Below, piece by piece: positions 37,080 through 47,060 of a stretch of 64,000 bases of DNA. The position numbers were made by a program, and so were the translations under genes. Numbering within the stretch: position 1 is the first letter of the stretch; the number at the start of each line of letters is the position of its first letter. The notes under the pieces are model-generated. The model did no database searches, was not told the origin of the DNA, and saw nothing but the letters and a program-made list of their open reading frames with translations. Source of the DNA: a bacterium (GTDB lineage Bacteria; UBP14; UBA6098; JAFGQG01); contig JAFGQG010000057.1 of the NCBI GenBank assembly GCA_016935765.1, forward strand, positions 7,704 through 71,703, read 5' to 3'.

Positions 37080-37826
37080 TCAATTAATCGCTCCCCAGAT
37101 AATATGCCAGACCACATCCGCCCAGAAATGGATACTCACTGCTGCCAGGAAGCCGTACTTTCGGAAATAGTCCGCGCAGAAGAAAGAGAGTATCCCATTG
37201 AGCAGGATAATCTCAATCATAAGTGGAACCGGGATCTCACCCACTGTATCCAGACCGTATAAAAGCATGACTGAGGGGATATGCCCGATTGCGAATACAA
37301 GTGCGGAAAAGAAGGTCACTATCCAGAACATGGTATCTTGCCCTCGTTTTCTCAGAATCACGTAAGATATAAGCCACACCCAGAATGAGATAAAGAAGAG
37401 GCGGAATATGATTTCTTCGCCGATACCTGCGACTATTGACGCGAAGATCGAAGCAGGGAATTGCGGATGCGGCAACTGCCCTAGTGAATGGTACCGACTT
37501 ACAACCAGATCTACAGCAATGAATATTATTCCAATTATAATACCCACTATTGCTGGTATCAGGAAACGCCGTTTATTGGTCACCTTCTCATCCCAGATAT
37601 CTGCAAACCCCAGTTTACGCGCCAGGAATAGCCCGAGAAGTCCTAATCCGCCGTAAAGGACCAGCATGATGCCTGCATTTGCGAGTGCGAGTAGCCAGTC
37701 CGGTACGGCAAGGTCGGTCTCGGGTACCAGGTTGGAGAAGGAACCCTTCATTAGCAGGAAACCGATAGCAGCGCTGACTGCCAGAACTATTATCAGGATT
37801 GTGTAAATTTTGATCGCGCGAGTCAT
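37080..37826 (-). CDS. CPBP-family intramembrane metalloprotease (CAAX protease / Abi family)
   Basis: Multi-pass membrane protein with EEIIFR (EExxxR) and FFSALVFAIGH (FxxxH) motifs. Confidence 0.75.
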   Translation of the reverse strand: MTRAIKIYTILIIVLAVSAAIGFLLMKGSFSNLVPETDLAVPDWLLALANAGIMLVLYGGLGLLGLFLARKLGFADIWDEKVTNKRRFLIPAIVGIIIGIIFIAVDLVVSRYHSLGQLPHPQFPASIFASIVAGIGEEIIFRLFFISFWVWLISYVILRKRGQDTMFWIVTFFSALVFAIGHIPSVMLLYGLDTVGEIPVPLMIEIILLNGILSFFCADYFRKYGFLAAVSIHFWADVVWHIIWGAIN

Positions 37827-38701
37827 CTCAACTCCAAATTCTCCATCACTAAATCGCCGGGATACTTATCGAATAACTTGGTTCCCTCATATATCTTTAC
37901 AAGTTCCTTTCCAAGCAATTCCAAATCCTTCTGGGATTCCCTGGAGAGGTTGCTTATCATCACACCGCAGCCCAGAATACCGGGGTTGGCTACTATCGTA
38001 TCTTCCTCGATTATCTTCAGCATTATCTCGGAAGCTTTAATCCCGTATTTTGCCGGGTCAATAGATGCACTTCCCAATTTTTCCATAATATTCTGATGAA
38101 TTTCTCGCTGCATCTTCCGGGTGGTAAATCCATACCATAGAACCGTTTTAATCTTCCTGCGGGTGGCTTCTAGGAAGAGATCGAAGTAACATTTACCGTC
38201 TTCGTTATCCTCGAAAATAAAGTACGGGTCTATAAACATGAAGCTGTTTTCCCCCCATTGATCGAGAAGCGGATACAGGGTCTGAAGGGAATCTCCCATC
38301 AAAGTTGCTACTCTGTCCCTGATCCCGCGAAAACTGGCAAACGCCATAATATCGGTTAATGGTTCACCTTCGATGTCGCAGAACCAGTATTTATCGCAAA
38401 CAACTTTCAAACTGGTCATTGCCAGGGCAGGAGAACCGAGGTATTTCCGTATCTCCTTGTGGTTGTCCGGGAAATTTACGAGGTAATTTACGAAAGATGA
38501 CCCACAGATTATATCTGATTTATACTTTTGTGTGAGAAAAGTAAATATTCCATATTCCTGTTCGGGTGTTCCTTCCAGCCTGTACAGCGAAAAGGCGGCA
38601 TTCGATTCAATGTACTCCTGCGGCTCTTCGTTTACCAAAAAACTGCACAGCGGAAGATGCTTCCAAATATCGCCTAAGTTACCATAATGTCTGTACGGCA
38701 T
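37823..38701 (-). CDS. Divergent RlmJ/DUF519-like protein (23S rRNA m6A2030 methyltransferase fold) with degenerate catalytic motifs
   Basis: N-terminal MPYRHYGNLGDIWKH matches E. coli RlmJ MLSYRHSFHAGNHADVLKH. Other blocks: YLGSPALAM for YYPGSPLIA, FMFIDPYF for LILIDPPYE, LWYGF for LWYPV. Confidence 0.45.
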   Translation of the reverse strand: MPYRHYGNLGDIWKHLPLCSFLVNEEPQEYIESNAAFSLYRLEGTPEQEYGIFTFLTQKYKSDIICGSSFVNYLVNFPDNHKEIRKYLGSPALAMTSLKVVCDKYWFCDIEGEPLTDIMAFASFRGIRDRVATLMGDSLQTLYPLLDQWGENSFMFIDPYFIFEDNEDGKCYFDLFLEATRRKIKTVLWYGFTTRKMQREIHQNIMEKLGSASIDPAKYGIKASEIMLKIIEEDTIVANPGILGCGVMISNLSRESQKDLELLGKELVKIYEGTKLFDKYPGDLVMENLELR

Positions 38702-38743
38702 TATTTTCCTTTCTCTATATTCTAACCCTTAATTACAAATGCA

Positions 38744-39091
38744 CTATTTCCCCAGGGTTTTTCTTATATCATCCAGCCTGTCTTTTGCGTCTTTCGCCAT
38801 CGACCACGGAAATTCCAGTTTTTGGCATGGATAATCATCGCAGTAAGCGCAGTTTTCAACCCCCTTATCGAGAGCGCATATTCTCACCGTACATTCATTG
38901 CAGAATGGTAGTAGTTTTTTCGCGAAAGGAAGACATCCATCGCAATTAATGTCTTCAAGTTTGAGTGGGAATTCCTTCGAATTCCATTCATCTACTATTT
39001 TCCTTCTCTTCTCATCATCATCTTCCTGCGTTGCTATATAAGCAGGGCAGGAAGAACACATTATTCCGCAGAACGCCAGTATTTTTTCCAT
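38744..39091 (-). CDS. DUF3795-domain cysteine-rich protein
   Basis: CGIMCSSCPAY...NCDGC...CNECTVRICALDKGVENCAYCDDYPCQKL Cys pattern, about 115 aa. Confidence 0.65.
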   Translation of the reverse strand: MEKILAFCGIMCSSCPAYIATQEDDDEKRRKIVDEWNSKEFPLKLEDINCDGCLPFAKKLLPFCNECTVRICALDKGVENCAYCDDYPCQKLEFPWSMAKDAKDRLDDIRKTLGK

Positions 39092-39095
39092 ATTG

Positions 39096-39896
39096 TTATT
39101 TTCCTGTTCTTTTGTTATTTTTATGGATTTCGTTTATTGTATGTTCTTCGAATTTGCTAATTTTTCCAGCGTGTATCATTGGCACAGTATCATAGATATC
39201 TGTTTGGACGCAGTGGTCGAAATCGTTGCCCATACCATGCTGTATCAAGAATTTACCGCTGAAACTCTCCCTGAGAAGGGCTGCAATATCTTTCAGGGCA
39301 GCTTTGCAGGCAAGCTCGCAAAGTTGCGCTTCCGGGGTTTTCGGCAGTTCGATGTTGCTGATTATTGCCCCTGCGCCAAGATAATCCTCTATCGCGAATA
39401 CCCTGACCGATTCCTCTTTAAAGTAAGTTACTCGATGCCCATCATCGATCGCGCGTTGTTCGCCAGCAGCAATGACCGTTACATCGCTATCGTAGCGCTT
39501 CGCTAACTTCGTGATTAAACTCCCGGCTGCCCGAGCATTCAAAAGAGTCCCAACCAGACCGTAATAATTCCCCAAGATTCTTTCCGAACAGGCAGCGCCG
39601 TTCGGGGAAAAAAGTACCACTTTTCTGTTTTCCTCATCGCAGTTCAAGTAAGATAGAGGGGAGATGGAGTACTTAGCCTGACCGGGTTTCCCTGACAATT
39701 CCGCTCCAACCTTCCGCGCGAGTTCTCTGCCGTAATCCTGGTCAGAAACCGGGTAGATCTCGAAACCGTTCGCTACCGCTGTTACCGTAGCTGAGCTAAA
39801 CCTGAGAGTATCGACGATAATGGTTATGTTGTTTTGTTTCTGGGCGTAATCTACACCCTCAAGAAACCAATCAATTGTAACTTGCGACCTGGACAT
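39096..39896 (-). CDS. comB: 2-phosphosulfolactate phosphatase family protein (ComB-like)
   Basis: ITIIVDTLRFSSATVTAVANGFEIYPV matches the ComB (I/V)DVLRA(S/T)ST...ALANG core. Confidence 0.7.
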   Translation of the reverse strand: MSRSQVTIDWFLEGVDYAQKQNNITIIVDTLRFSSATVTAVANGFEIYPVSDQDYGRELARKVGAELSGKPGQAKYSISPLSYLNCDEENRKVVLFSPNGAACSERILGNYYGLVGTLLNARAAGSLITKLAKRYDSDVTVIAAGEQRAIDDGHRVTYFKEESVRVFAIEDYLGAGAIISNIELPKTPEAQLCELACKAALKDIAALLRESFSGKFLIQHGMGNDFDHCVQTDIYDTVPMIHAGKISKFEEHTINEIHKNNKRTGK

Positions 39897-39921
39897 TTGT
39901 AAAGATCTCTTTCTTTGTCAG

Positions 39922-40605
39922 TTATGTGTAATTCTTATCAATCAAACCAGGACAGTTGTACCGAAACCAATCCTCCATGGAGTTCACCTTCTGGTCTCCG
40001 GTTGCGTACCCCTTTACACTTTTCTGGATTTTCTCGATCGATCTGGTCAACATGGGGTGAGATATGTTTTTATCCTCATCCCACCCCAGATTTTTCATTA
40101 GCTTTATGAAATCCGCGTTTACGTATGATTTCATTAATGGTTCATCAAGAGATACATGAAAACACAAGGATGACTTAAAGGGGAGTTCATTAACAAAGGA
40201 CATTGTCAGGTTATCTTTTTCGTCAATAGGATAATGCTCTGTGATTAAAAAATAATATTCTTTCTTTTTTTCCGGTTTCACAACTTTGAAATCGTTAGAC
40301 ATTTTAATATCGGGAAGTAGTTGTGACATCAGGATAACAGCCCTGATATTCTCATTACTTAACTCTTGGATGATCGGCGCAAAAATCTCCCAGCTATTTG
40401 AAAGTACCCTATAGTAAACTCTGTTTTCATTGAAGGCTTTTTGCAACTCATGAAGAGTATCTTTGAAATGAACCACTACCAGCACCAGGCTGAATTTATT
40501 CAGCACTTGTTTGATTTCCTCTGATATGCCCTTATATTTCAAGGCTTTATTAAGCCAGATCTTGTCCTCAAACCTTGTGTATTTATTTGTTTTGAACAAT
40601 GCCAT
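39922..40605 (-). CDS. Hypothetical protein
   Basis: 227-aa ORF with plausible codon usage and no recognisable motif. Confidence 0.5.
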   Translation of the reverse strand: MALFKTNKYTRFEDKIWLNKALKYKGISEEIKQVLNKFSLVLVVVHFKDTLHELQKAFNENRVYYRVLSNSWEIFAPIIQELSNENIRAVILMSQLLPDIKMSNDFKVVKPEKKKEYYFLITEHYPIDEKDNLTMSFVNELPFKSSLCFHVSLDEPLMKSYVNADFIKLMKNLGWDEDKNISHPMLTRSIEKIQKSVKGYATGDQKVNSMEDWFRYNCPGLIDKNYT

Positions 40606-40707
40606 TCGCGATTCCTAAATATTAAGAATTCAACTTACTTAGTCGCTTAAAAGAAATGAATAATGCTAGTAAATATTTGTTTTTTAAGCTGGGGAAAATC
40701 GTTATTA

Positions 40708-41259
40708 TTATTTTTCAATTTCATCCGGTGCGGCTTCTGCGTCGGCTGCGGGTTGTCCCTGGATTGGGAACATTCCCAGTTGCATGAACATACTCAGCAT
40801 ATCAGATTCGGTATATTCTTCTGTTATCTTTGCGTTTTCAATCGTTAGTATGGATATTCCGGTTGTTGTTAATTCTTTCCCTGTAGGAGCAATGCCCATA
40901 AAAGGACCTTTGTGGGTCGAAGTGCATTTCCATCTTACTGCCACTTTATTCACATCAGCTATGGATTCGATAATCTCACAAGACAGACCTTCGAAAGCTT
41001 TTTTATAATTTGTTAAAGTCGTTTTATAACCTTCTCGATCAGATGAACAACCCGGAAGCGGGTAGTTGAAGGTAAAATTCTCGGCGCAGAGCTGATCTAC
41101 GGCATCGAGGCTTCCCTTGTTCCATATTTCCAAATTCCATATTCTGGCTATTGCCAGGTTTTCTTCCAGTTTCGCTTTTCCGCCCAATTGACACCCAGTA
41201 ATTGAAACGAGAAAAGCTATTAGCAGTAAAATTGTTAAAACTTCCCTGTTTTTTCTCAT
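40708..41259 (-). CDS. Lipoprotein with a SnoaL-like / predicted ester-cyclase (NTF2-like) domain
   Basis: Lipobox LVSITGC. The NTF2-like core is ARIWNLEIWNKGSLDAVDQLCAENFTFNYP. Confidence 0.6.
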   Translation of the reverse strand: MRKNREVLTILLLIAFLVSITGCQLGGKAKLEENLAIARIWNLEIWNKGSLDAVDQLCAENFTFNYPLPGCSSDREGYKTTLTNYKKAFEGLSCEIIESIADVNKVAVRWKCTSTHKGPFMGIAPTGKELTTTGISILTIENAKITEEYTESDMLSMFMQLGMFPIQGQPAADAEAAPDEIEK

Positions 41260-41381
41260 TTGTTTCCTCCAGTTAATTTGTTGAAATTGTAATGAAGTTA
41301 CATGTTTTGATTAAATATACTTATTTTTTGAAAAATGCCAACAAAGTTATTAATTAAATCGAACGGGTTTGAAAAAAGATG

Positions 41382-41918
41382 CTATTTCCTCCAGTAATAA
41401 ACGTCTTCGAAAGGAACTGAAGGATGCACCGTCAAAGAAATCCTGAGTGAATTAAACTCCTTTTCGGTCAAAGGTCCATATACTCTGGGTACTTCCGCGT
41501 CGAGTATCCAGTATCTTGGACCACCCGCAAAAAGTGAATCAACAGATCCATCCTTATCTGACCCTGATTCCTCTTCTACAGGAACCTGTTTCGCCAGTAC
41601 GAATTTTTGATCCCAACCAATCTCCACAATTCTCGGTGGTATCATCATATTCTCACCTGTCCAATTACCTTCTGGAGCCACGAATACCTGTTCGGCGGAA
41701 TTGCGGTATAGAACGTAATTTCCAGCAACACGGTAAGAAAAATCGAGGAATCCACGTCCAAACGGGGTCAAAATAGCAAAATAGACCATACCAAACGACA
41801 GAATCAGGGATATGCCCAATAATAAAACTATGATTCTGAAAGATTTCTTGTCTCTCTTAATAACAAATATACTGATGAAGATCAATACCGCGCCTAATAT
41901 GATGAATGCTATAAACAT
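41382..41918 (-). CDS. Hypothetical membrane-anchored protein
   Basis: Two N-terminal TM helices, then a soluble domain. No recognised family. Confidence 0.5.
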   Translation of the reverse strand: MFIAFIILGAVLIFISIFVIKRDKKSFRIIVLLLGISLILSFGMVYFAILTPFGRGFLDFSYRVAGNYVLYRNSAEQVFVAPEGNWTGENMMIPPRIVEIGWDQKFVLAKQVPVEEESGSDKDGSVDSLFAGGPRYWILDAEVPRVYGPLTEKEFNSLRISLTVHPSVPFEDVYYWRK

Positions 41919-41989
41919 TAAGCTTCACTTGAAATATTACAGTTATTATACAATTTTGATCATTATAGTATTGATCAATATCGCTCGTG

Positions 41990-43288
41990 TTAAAGCAGGT
42001 TTCTTTCTCTTGCCGCTGCTTCCAGTTCCTCCCTGAAATTAGGGTGAGCGATATCTATAAGCGCTTTTGCTCGCTCCCTGAGATTTTTACCGTGCAGGTA
42101 AGCTATTCCGTTTTCAGTCACAACGTAGTGAACGTCAGCTCTGGTTGTTACTACGCCAGCGCCAGTTTTCAGGACAGGTACAATGCGAGTTAGGGTATCT
42201 CCTTTTGCCGCTGACGGGAGCGCAATTATCGGTTTCCCTCCATTAGAACGCGCAGCGCCTCGAATGAAATCCACCTGCCCGCCGAAACCCGAATATATTT
42301 TAGTGCCAATTGAATCAGCACAAACTTGACCGGTCAGATCAACTTCGATCGCAGAGTTTATAGCCACCATATTATCGTTCTGTGAGATGATGAATGGATT
42401 ATTGGTGTATTTTGTCGGATGAACCTCGAATAGTGGATTGTTATGCGCGAATTCGTACAACTGGTTGGAACCGAAAAGGAAGGTGGCTACGACCTTATAT
42501 GGGTGAAGGTTCTTTTTTGAGCCGTTAACTATACCTAAATTAATCGCTTCCATAATACCATCTGAAACCATCTCGGTGTGAATTCCAAGGTTCTTTTTAC
42601 CAGCCATCGCTTTCAAGGCTGCGTTCGGGATGCCACCTATACCGAGTTGGAGTGTTGAACCATCTTCCACCAGGTCAGCAATGTATTCCCCGATCTTTTG
42701 TTCGCATTCGGTAAAGCCCTTAGGCAGGAGTTGAGGCAGGTCTCTGTTGACCTCGACTATGTGGTTTACCTGGGATATATGGATGAAAGAATCACCCAGC
42801 GTTCTGGGCATTTTTTCATTTACCTGCGCGACAACGATCTTTGCCGTTTCGACCGCCGCCTTTGAACAAAGGCACTCGACCCCCAGGCTCATGAAACCGT
42901 GTTCGTCGGGTGGTGAAACATGGACGAACGCGACGTCAATGTCGATGATGCGTGAGTAAAAAAGGTCAGGAATTTCGTACAGGAACACAGGAACGTAGTC
43001 CGCCCGACCATCGTTGACAGCTTCCCTGTCAGCCGGTCCAACGAAAAGGGAGTTGTGTCTGAAATGACCCTCCATATCGGGTTTGGAAAGAGGATCATCT
43101 CCCCATAATAAAACGTGAGTTACCGACACGTCTTCAAGTTCATCCTTACGCTTTGCAAGCCCCTCGGTGAGGTCGAAAGGAGTAGCCGCGTTTCCGCTGA
43201 TATATAGTGTATCACCACTTTTTACTACTGATACTGCCTCTTCAACTGAGCAGAATTTATTTTTATAATCTGATATTCTCCATGTCAT
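41990..43288 (-). CDS. Acetyl-CoA hydrolase/transferase family protein (4-hydroxybutyrate / succinyl-CoA:acetate CoA-transferase-like)
   Basis: GIGGIPNAALKAM and the conserved acetyl-CoA hydrolase/transferase C-terminal domain. The stop overlaps the start of the upstream Ald-like gene (ATGA). Confidence 0.85.
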   Translation of the reverse strand: MTWRISDYKNKFCSVEEAVSVVKSGDTLYISGNAATPFDLTEGLAKRKDELEDVSVTHVLLWGDDPLSKPDMEGHFRHNSLFVGPADREAVNDGRADYVPVFLYEIPDLFYSRIIDIDVAFVHVSPPDEHGFMSLGVECLCSKAAVETAKIVVAQVNEKMPRTLGDSFIHISQVNHIVEVNRDLPQLLPKGFTECEQKIGEYIADLVEDGSTLQLGIGGIPNAALKAMAGKKNLGIHTEMVSDGIMEAINLGIVNGSKKNLHPYKVVATFLFGSNQLYEFAHNNPLFEVHPTKYTNNPFIISQNDNMVAINSAIEVDLTGQVCADSIGTKIYSGFGGQVDFIRGAARSNGGKPIIALPSAAKGDTLTRIVPVLKTGAGVVTTRADVHYVVTENGIAYLHGKNLRERAKALIDIAHPNFREELEAAARERNLL

Positions 43289-44373
43289 TTTATGTACTCC
43301 TTTACTACATTACCATTATCCAGATAGATTCCCTTCTGCAGTTCCGGGCATTGTTCGATCGCTTCTTTTACTCCATACTTATCAAAGCATTGCAAATATG
43401 GAATCACACCGTTCGTTATAGCATGGGTTGCAGTACGTGCTACGAGAGTAGTAGCGGTGGGCATGCAAAAATGAACCACTCCGTCCACTATGTATGAAAA
43501 TTCACCACAGGGGGTGGTTTTGCTGGTTTCGACGCAACCGCCCTGGTCTATTGAGAAATCGAGAATGACCGCCCCCTTTTTCATTGACTTAACCATCTCC
43601 CGGGTCACGAGAGTGGGAGTTCTCTCTCCGGGGATTAAAACAGCGCCTATGAGAACATCCGCGAATTTAACCACTTTCTCAATGTTGAAATGGTTAGAAA
43701 AAAGAGTAGTTACCTTGCCGCCGTTCGAATGTTCGAAGATTCTCTCGAGAGCGTTTTTATTTATATCCAGTATATAAACGTTAGCGCCAATTCCCGAAAA
43801 GCTCCTGGCAGCAGTTCTTCCGAGAGTCCCTGCTCCTAAAATGACAACCTCTGCCGGGGAAATCCCGGGGATACCACTCAACAGAATACCTCGTCCACAA
43901 TGAACCGATTCAAGAAGACGCCCCGCAAGCTGAACGGATAGAATCCCCGCGATTTCACTCATCGGAACTACTATGGGTAATTCACCATTATCCCTCTGAA
44001 TGACCTCGTATCCTATGACCGTGTTTTCATTCTCACTAAAGACTTTTATCAGCTCTTTCGGCGCGGTGACTAGATGAAAGAAACCAAGCAGAGTCTGGTT
44101 TTTACAGATGAATTTGTATTCTTCAGGTTGGGGAGCTTTTACCTTGAGTACAACATCAGCTCTCTGATAAGCCTCTGCTTTTGAATATACGATTTTCCCG
44201 CCAGCGTTTTGGTAATCCATATTGGAAAAACCCGCGCCGGCGCCAGCGTTACTTTCAAAATAGACCTCCGCTCCTAAATCAACAAGTTCTCGAACGCCTC
44301 TTGGAGAAAGCCCAACTCTGCATTCGGGTATCATCCTGAACATAGGAACCTCTTTTGGAATTCCAAATATCAT
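43285..44373 (-). CDS. Alanine dehydrogenase / PNT-family NAD(P)-dependent dehydrogenase
   Basis: MIFGIPKEV...RVGLSPRGVRELVDLGAEVYFE N-domain and the VVILGAGTLGRTAARSFSGIGANVYILDIN Rossmann motif. Confidence 0.8.
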   Translation of the reverse strand: MIFGIPKEVPMFRMIPECRVGLSPRGVRELVDLGAEVYFESNAGAGAGFSNMDYQNAGGKIVYSKAEAYQRADVVLKVKAPQPEEYKFICKNQTLLGFFHLVTAPKELIKVFSENENTVIGYEVIQRDNGELPIVVPMSEIAGILSVQLAGRLLESVHCGRGILLSGIPGISPAEVVILGAGTLGRTAARSFSGIGANVYILDINKNALERIFEHSNGGKVTTLFSNHFNIEKVVKFADVLIGAVLIPGERTPTLVTREMVKSMKKGAVILDFSIDQGGCVETSKTTPCGEFSYIVDGVVHFCMPTATTLVARTATHAITNGVIPYLQCFDKYGVKEAIEQCPELQKGIYLDNGNVVKEYIK

Positions 44374-44554
44374 TTAAATCCTCCTTTAATCTCGTTGTAT
44401 TATAATATTTACTCTTAAACAGCAAAACTTGATAATCAAAATAATTTAGAAATTAATAATTTAATGTCAATAATTAAACAAAAAAGAAAAGAGAGTGTGA
44501 ACAAGGGATCATAGATATTGATGCAAATAACAAAGGATTTTTCAGGTAAAATTC

Positions 44555-45064
44555 TTAGTATTCAATCCCTTCTCTACTCTCAACACCTTGGTGGTAGGGG
44601 TGTTTTATATCCAGCACTTCACTTACAAGATCAGCTCTCTTCACAAGGTCGGGATGAGCGTATCTTCCGGTGATAACAAGCTCCATGTCATCGGGCAAAG
44701 AATCCAGAAGCTCATGAGCATCCTTTAGTTTTATTAATCCAAAATCTATAGCCACGTTCAACTCGTCAAGTATCACCATATCAAAAGTACCGCTGTGAAT
44801 CACCTCTTTTGCGAAATTAAAACCCTGTCTTGCTAATTCGAGGTCCCTCTCGGTGGGATCGCCTTTTTTAACGAATGTGGGTAAACCGAACTGCCTGATC
44901 TCAAAGTTTGGAATCTTCTGAGCGATTTTTACCTCTCCGTATTCGATATCCCCTTTCATGAACTGGATCATGATGACTTTTTTCCCATGACCGCAAGCCC
45001 TTAAAGCCTGCCCCAAAGCTGCTGTGGTTTTTCCCTTACCGTTTCCTGTGTATATTTGTAGCAT
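44555..45064 (-). CDS. cobO: Cob(I)yrinic acid a,c-diamide adenosyltransferase (CobO/CobA/BtuR)
   Basis: MLQIYTGNGKGKTTAALGQALRACGHGKKVIMIQFMKG P-loop signature, about 170 aa. Confidence 0.85.
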   Translation of the reverse strand: MLQIYTGNGKGKTTAALGQALRACGHGKKVIMIQFMKGDIEYGEVKIAQKIPNFEIRQFGLPTFVKKGDPTERDLELARQGFNFAKEVIHSGTFDMVILDELNVAIDFGLIKLKDAHELLDSLPDDMELVITGRYAHPDLVKRADLVSEVLDIKHPYHQGVESREGIEY

Positions 45065-45151
45065 GGTTAATTGAATAAATGCGAGTTACTATTTACCCAT
45101 ACTCTGGTTCTTAAAATAATCAATTTAATCAGCATTTCTCACGATTATTTT

Positions 45152-45188
45152 TCAAATCGCAAATCGTAAATAGTCAATCGTAAATCAC
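45152..45188 (-). repeat. Tandem ATTTACGATTGAC-like motif (x2-3) in the MGL-cobO intergenic region; inverted copy of 47061..47094
   Basis: The minus strand reads GATTTACGATTGACTATTTACGATTTGCGATTTGA. Confidence 0.5.
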
Positions 45189-46369
45189 TAGATTGCTTTA
45201 AAACCATTCTCTAGGTCAGCAAAGATATCGTCGATATTCTCGATACCTATGGACATTCTTATCAAGCCCGAGTCGATTCCCGCTTTGGCTAAATCCTCTT
45301 CGCTGTATGTTGAATGAGTCATGGATGCTGGATGTTCGATGAGTGTGTTTACAGCTCCCAGGCTGACAGCGACCTGGCATAAATTCAAAGCGTCAAGGAA
45401 CCTTTTACCGGCTTCCTTGCCATCCTTAAGGATAAATGCAAGCATGCCCGATCCACCCTTCATTTGCTTCTTTGCAAGTTCATACTGCGGGTGACTCTCA
45501 AGCCATGGATAATAAACCACACTTACCTCGTTTTTTGTTTCCAGGTACCTTGCAACTTCAAGAGCGTTCTCCTGTTGTCTGTCCATTCTTACAACAAGGG
45601 TCTGTATTCCTCTAAGAAAGAGATAGGCGGTTTGAGGTGCCATGATCCCACCAAGATCCACACAGGTCTTATCCTTGATCTGTTCCATCAGCTTCTTTGA
45701 CGATACTACCATTCCTCCAACGGCATCGCTGTGACCCCCTATATACTTGGTGGCGCTGTAGATAACGATATCCACTCCGAGTTCTATTGGTCTCTGAACA
45801 TAAAAGGTGGCAAATGTAGTGTCAACAGCAACTGGTATGCCATGTTCATGAGCGAATTTTGCGGTTGCCTCCAGGTCAACGATATCGATTGTGGGATTGG
45901 CTGGAGTTTCGGTCAAAAACAGTTTGGTGTGTTCATCTATAAGATTCTTGTTTTTTATGTCATTGGGGAAATCTTTTGCTTTTGCCCATCTTACCTCTAT
46001 TCCCCACCGGGGAAGCAAATTCCCGAGCAGCGCGAATGTACCGCCATATATTGGTTCGGAGACAATGATATTATCGCCTGAGTTACAGAGTGCGAGAATT
46101 GTTGTAGAGATAGCCGCCATTCCTGACCCGAATGTAGCTGCCGCCTCTCCGCCCTCCAGAAAAGCTATCTTTTCCTCGAGAAACTTCAGGGTTGGATTCT
46201 GAAGCCTTGTGTAGACATAGCCCTCCTTTTTCCCAAGGAACAGGTCAGCGCCATCCTGGGCAGTTTCAAATGTATAAACCGCGGCTAAATAAATTGGGGG
46301 AACTAATGCCCTCGTTCGATCATCAGCAGGTAAACCCTTGCCTACTACTACTTTAGTACCGATATGCAT
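45188..46369 (-). CDS. Cys/Met-metabolism PLP enzyme (methionine gamma-lyase / cystathionine gamma-synthase / O-acetylhomoserine sulfhydrylase family)
   Basis: YSATKYIGGHSDAVGG Schiff-base lysine block and the typical fold-type I N-terminal region. Confidence 0.85.
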   Translation of the reverse strand: MHIGTKVVVGKGLPADDRTRALVPPIYLAAVYTFETAQDGADLFLGKKEGYVYTRLQNPTLKFLEEKIAFLEGGEAAATFGSGMAAISTTILALCNSGDNIIVSEPIYGGTFALLGNLLPRWGIEVRWAKAKDFPNDIKNKNLIDEHTKLFLTETPANPTIDIVDLEATAKFAHEHGIPVAVDTTFATFYVQRPIELGVDIVIYSATKYIGGHSDAVGGMVVSSKKLMEQIKDKTCVDLGGIMAPQTAYLFLRGIQTLVVRMDRQQENALEVARYLETKNEVSVVYYPWLESHPQYELAKKQMKGGSGMLAFILKDGKEAGKRFLDALNLCQVAVSLGAVNTLIEHPASMTHSTYSEEDLAKAGIDSGLIRMSIGIENIDDIFADLENGFKAI

Positions 46370-46646
46370 GGAAAACCTCCACTCCTTTTAATAAATTAAG
46401 ATATAGAATTATGTACTTTCATTGAACGCAATAAAATAAATAAATGCATCAAGTCAATATAAAATTTTAGGTTTAATTGAATTGACCAGAGGTTCCCAAG
46501 TTGGCGTTAAATAAAATTTAACTTAAAACCTTTTGCCGCCTTTTTGACGGATTGGTACTGTGTATAAAATAAACCTATAAGTTTTTTCCTCGAAAACCAC
46601 GTACGAAAAACCGTAACAACCTCCATTATTCGAATCATAAATCAGC

Positions 46647-47048
46647 TCAGTCCTCGCAAAGCTCTATCAACGCACCGGTTACATTTCCCGGATGAACAAA
46701 AGCCATCTTCTTTCCATGCCCACCTTCTTGTGGTTCCTCATTGGTGAGTCTTACCCTATTACCCTTCAACCTGCTTAAAAAATCGTTTATGTTGTCAACA
46801 CTTAATGCGATATGGTGGATTCCAGGTCCCCTTTTATCAAGATACTTGTTCAAACCAGAAGCTTCATCGAGTGGCTCTATCAACTCGATATTAACACCGC
46901 CAACGTCCAGGAACGCTATCCTTACACCCTGGTCAGGTATCTCCTCCCTGTGACTAACCTTTAAGCCGAAGTTCGCCTCCAGGAAACTCTCAACTACGCC
47001 TAACTCCCTTACTGCTATTGAAATATGGTCTATACTCTTTACTGTCAT
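46647..47048 (-). CDS. mce: Methylmalonyl-CoA epimerase (VOC/glyoxalase family)
   Basis: IDHISIAVRELG...GVRIAFLDVGGVNIELIEPL...HIAL; about 133 aa; RBS AAAGAGG. Confidence 0.85.
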   Translation of the reverse strand: MTVKSIDHISIAVRELGVVESFLEANFGLKVSHREEIPDQGVRIAFLDVGGVNIELIEPLDEASGLNKYLDKRGPGIHHIALSVDNINDFLSRLKGNRVRLTNEEPQEGGHGKKMAFVHPGNVTGALIELCED

Positions 47049-47060
47049 AAGTACCTCTTT

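Noticed and set aside
46370-46646. Possible SAM or B12 riboswitch in the 277-bp leader of the Cys/Met gamma-lyase gene
   Set aside because: The region is AT-rich with one weak hairpin (gccgcctttttgacgg). I could not recognise the conserved SAM-I (GGNGC/kink-turn) or cobalamin (B12-box GCCACTG) elements by eye. A covariance-model scan (Rfam RF00162, RF00174) would be needed.
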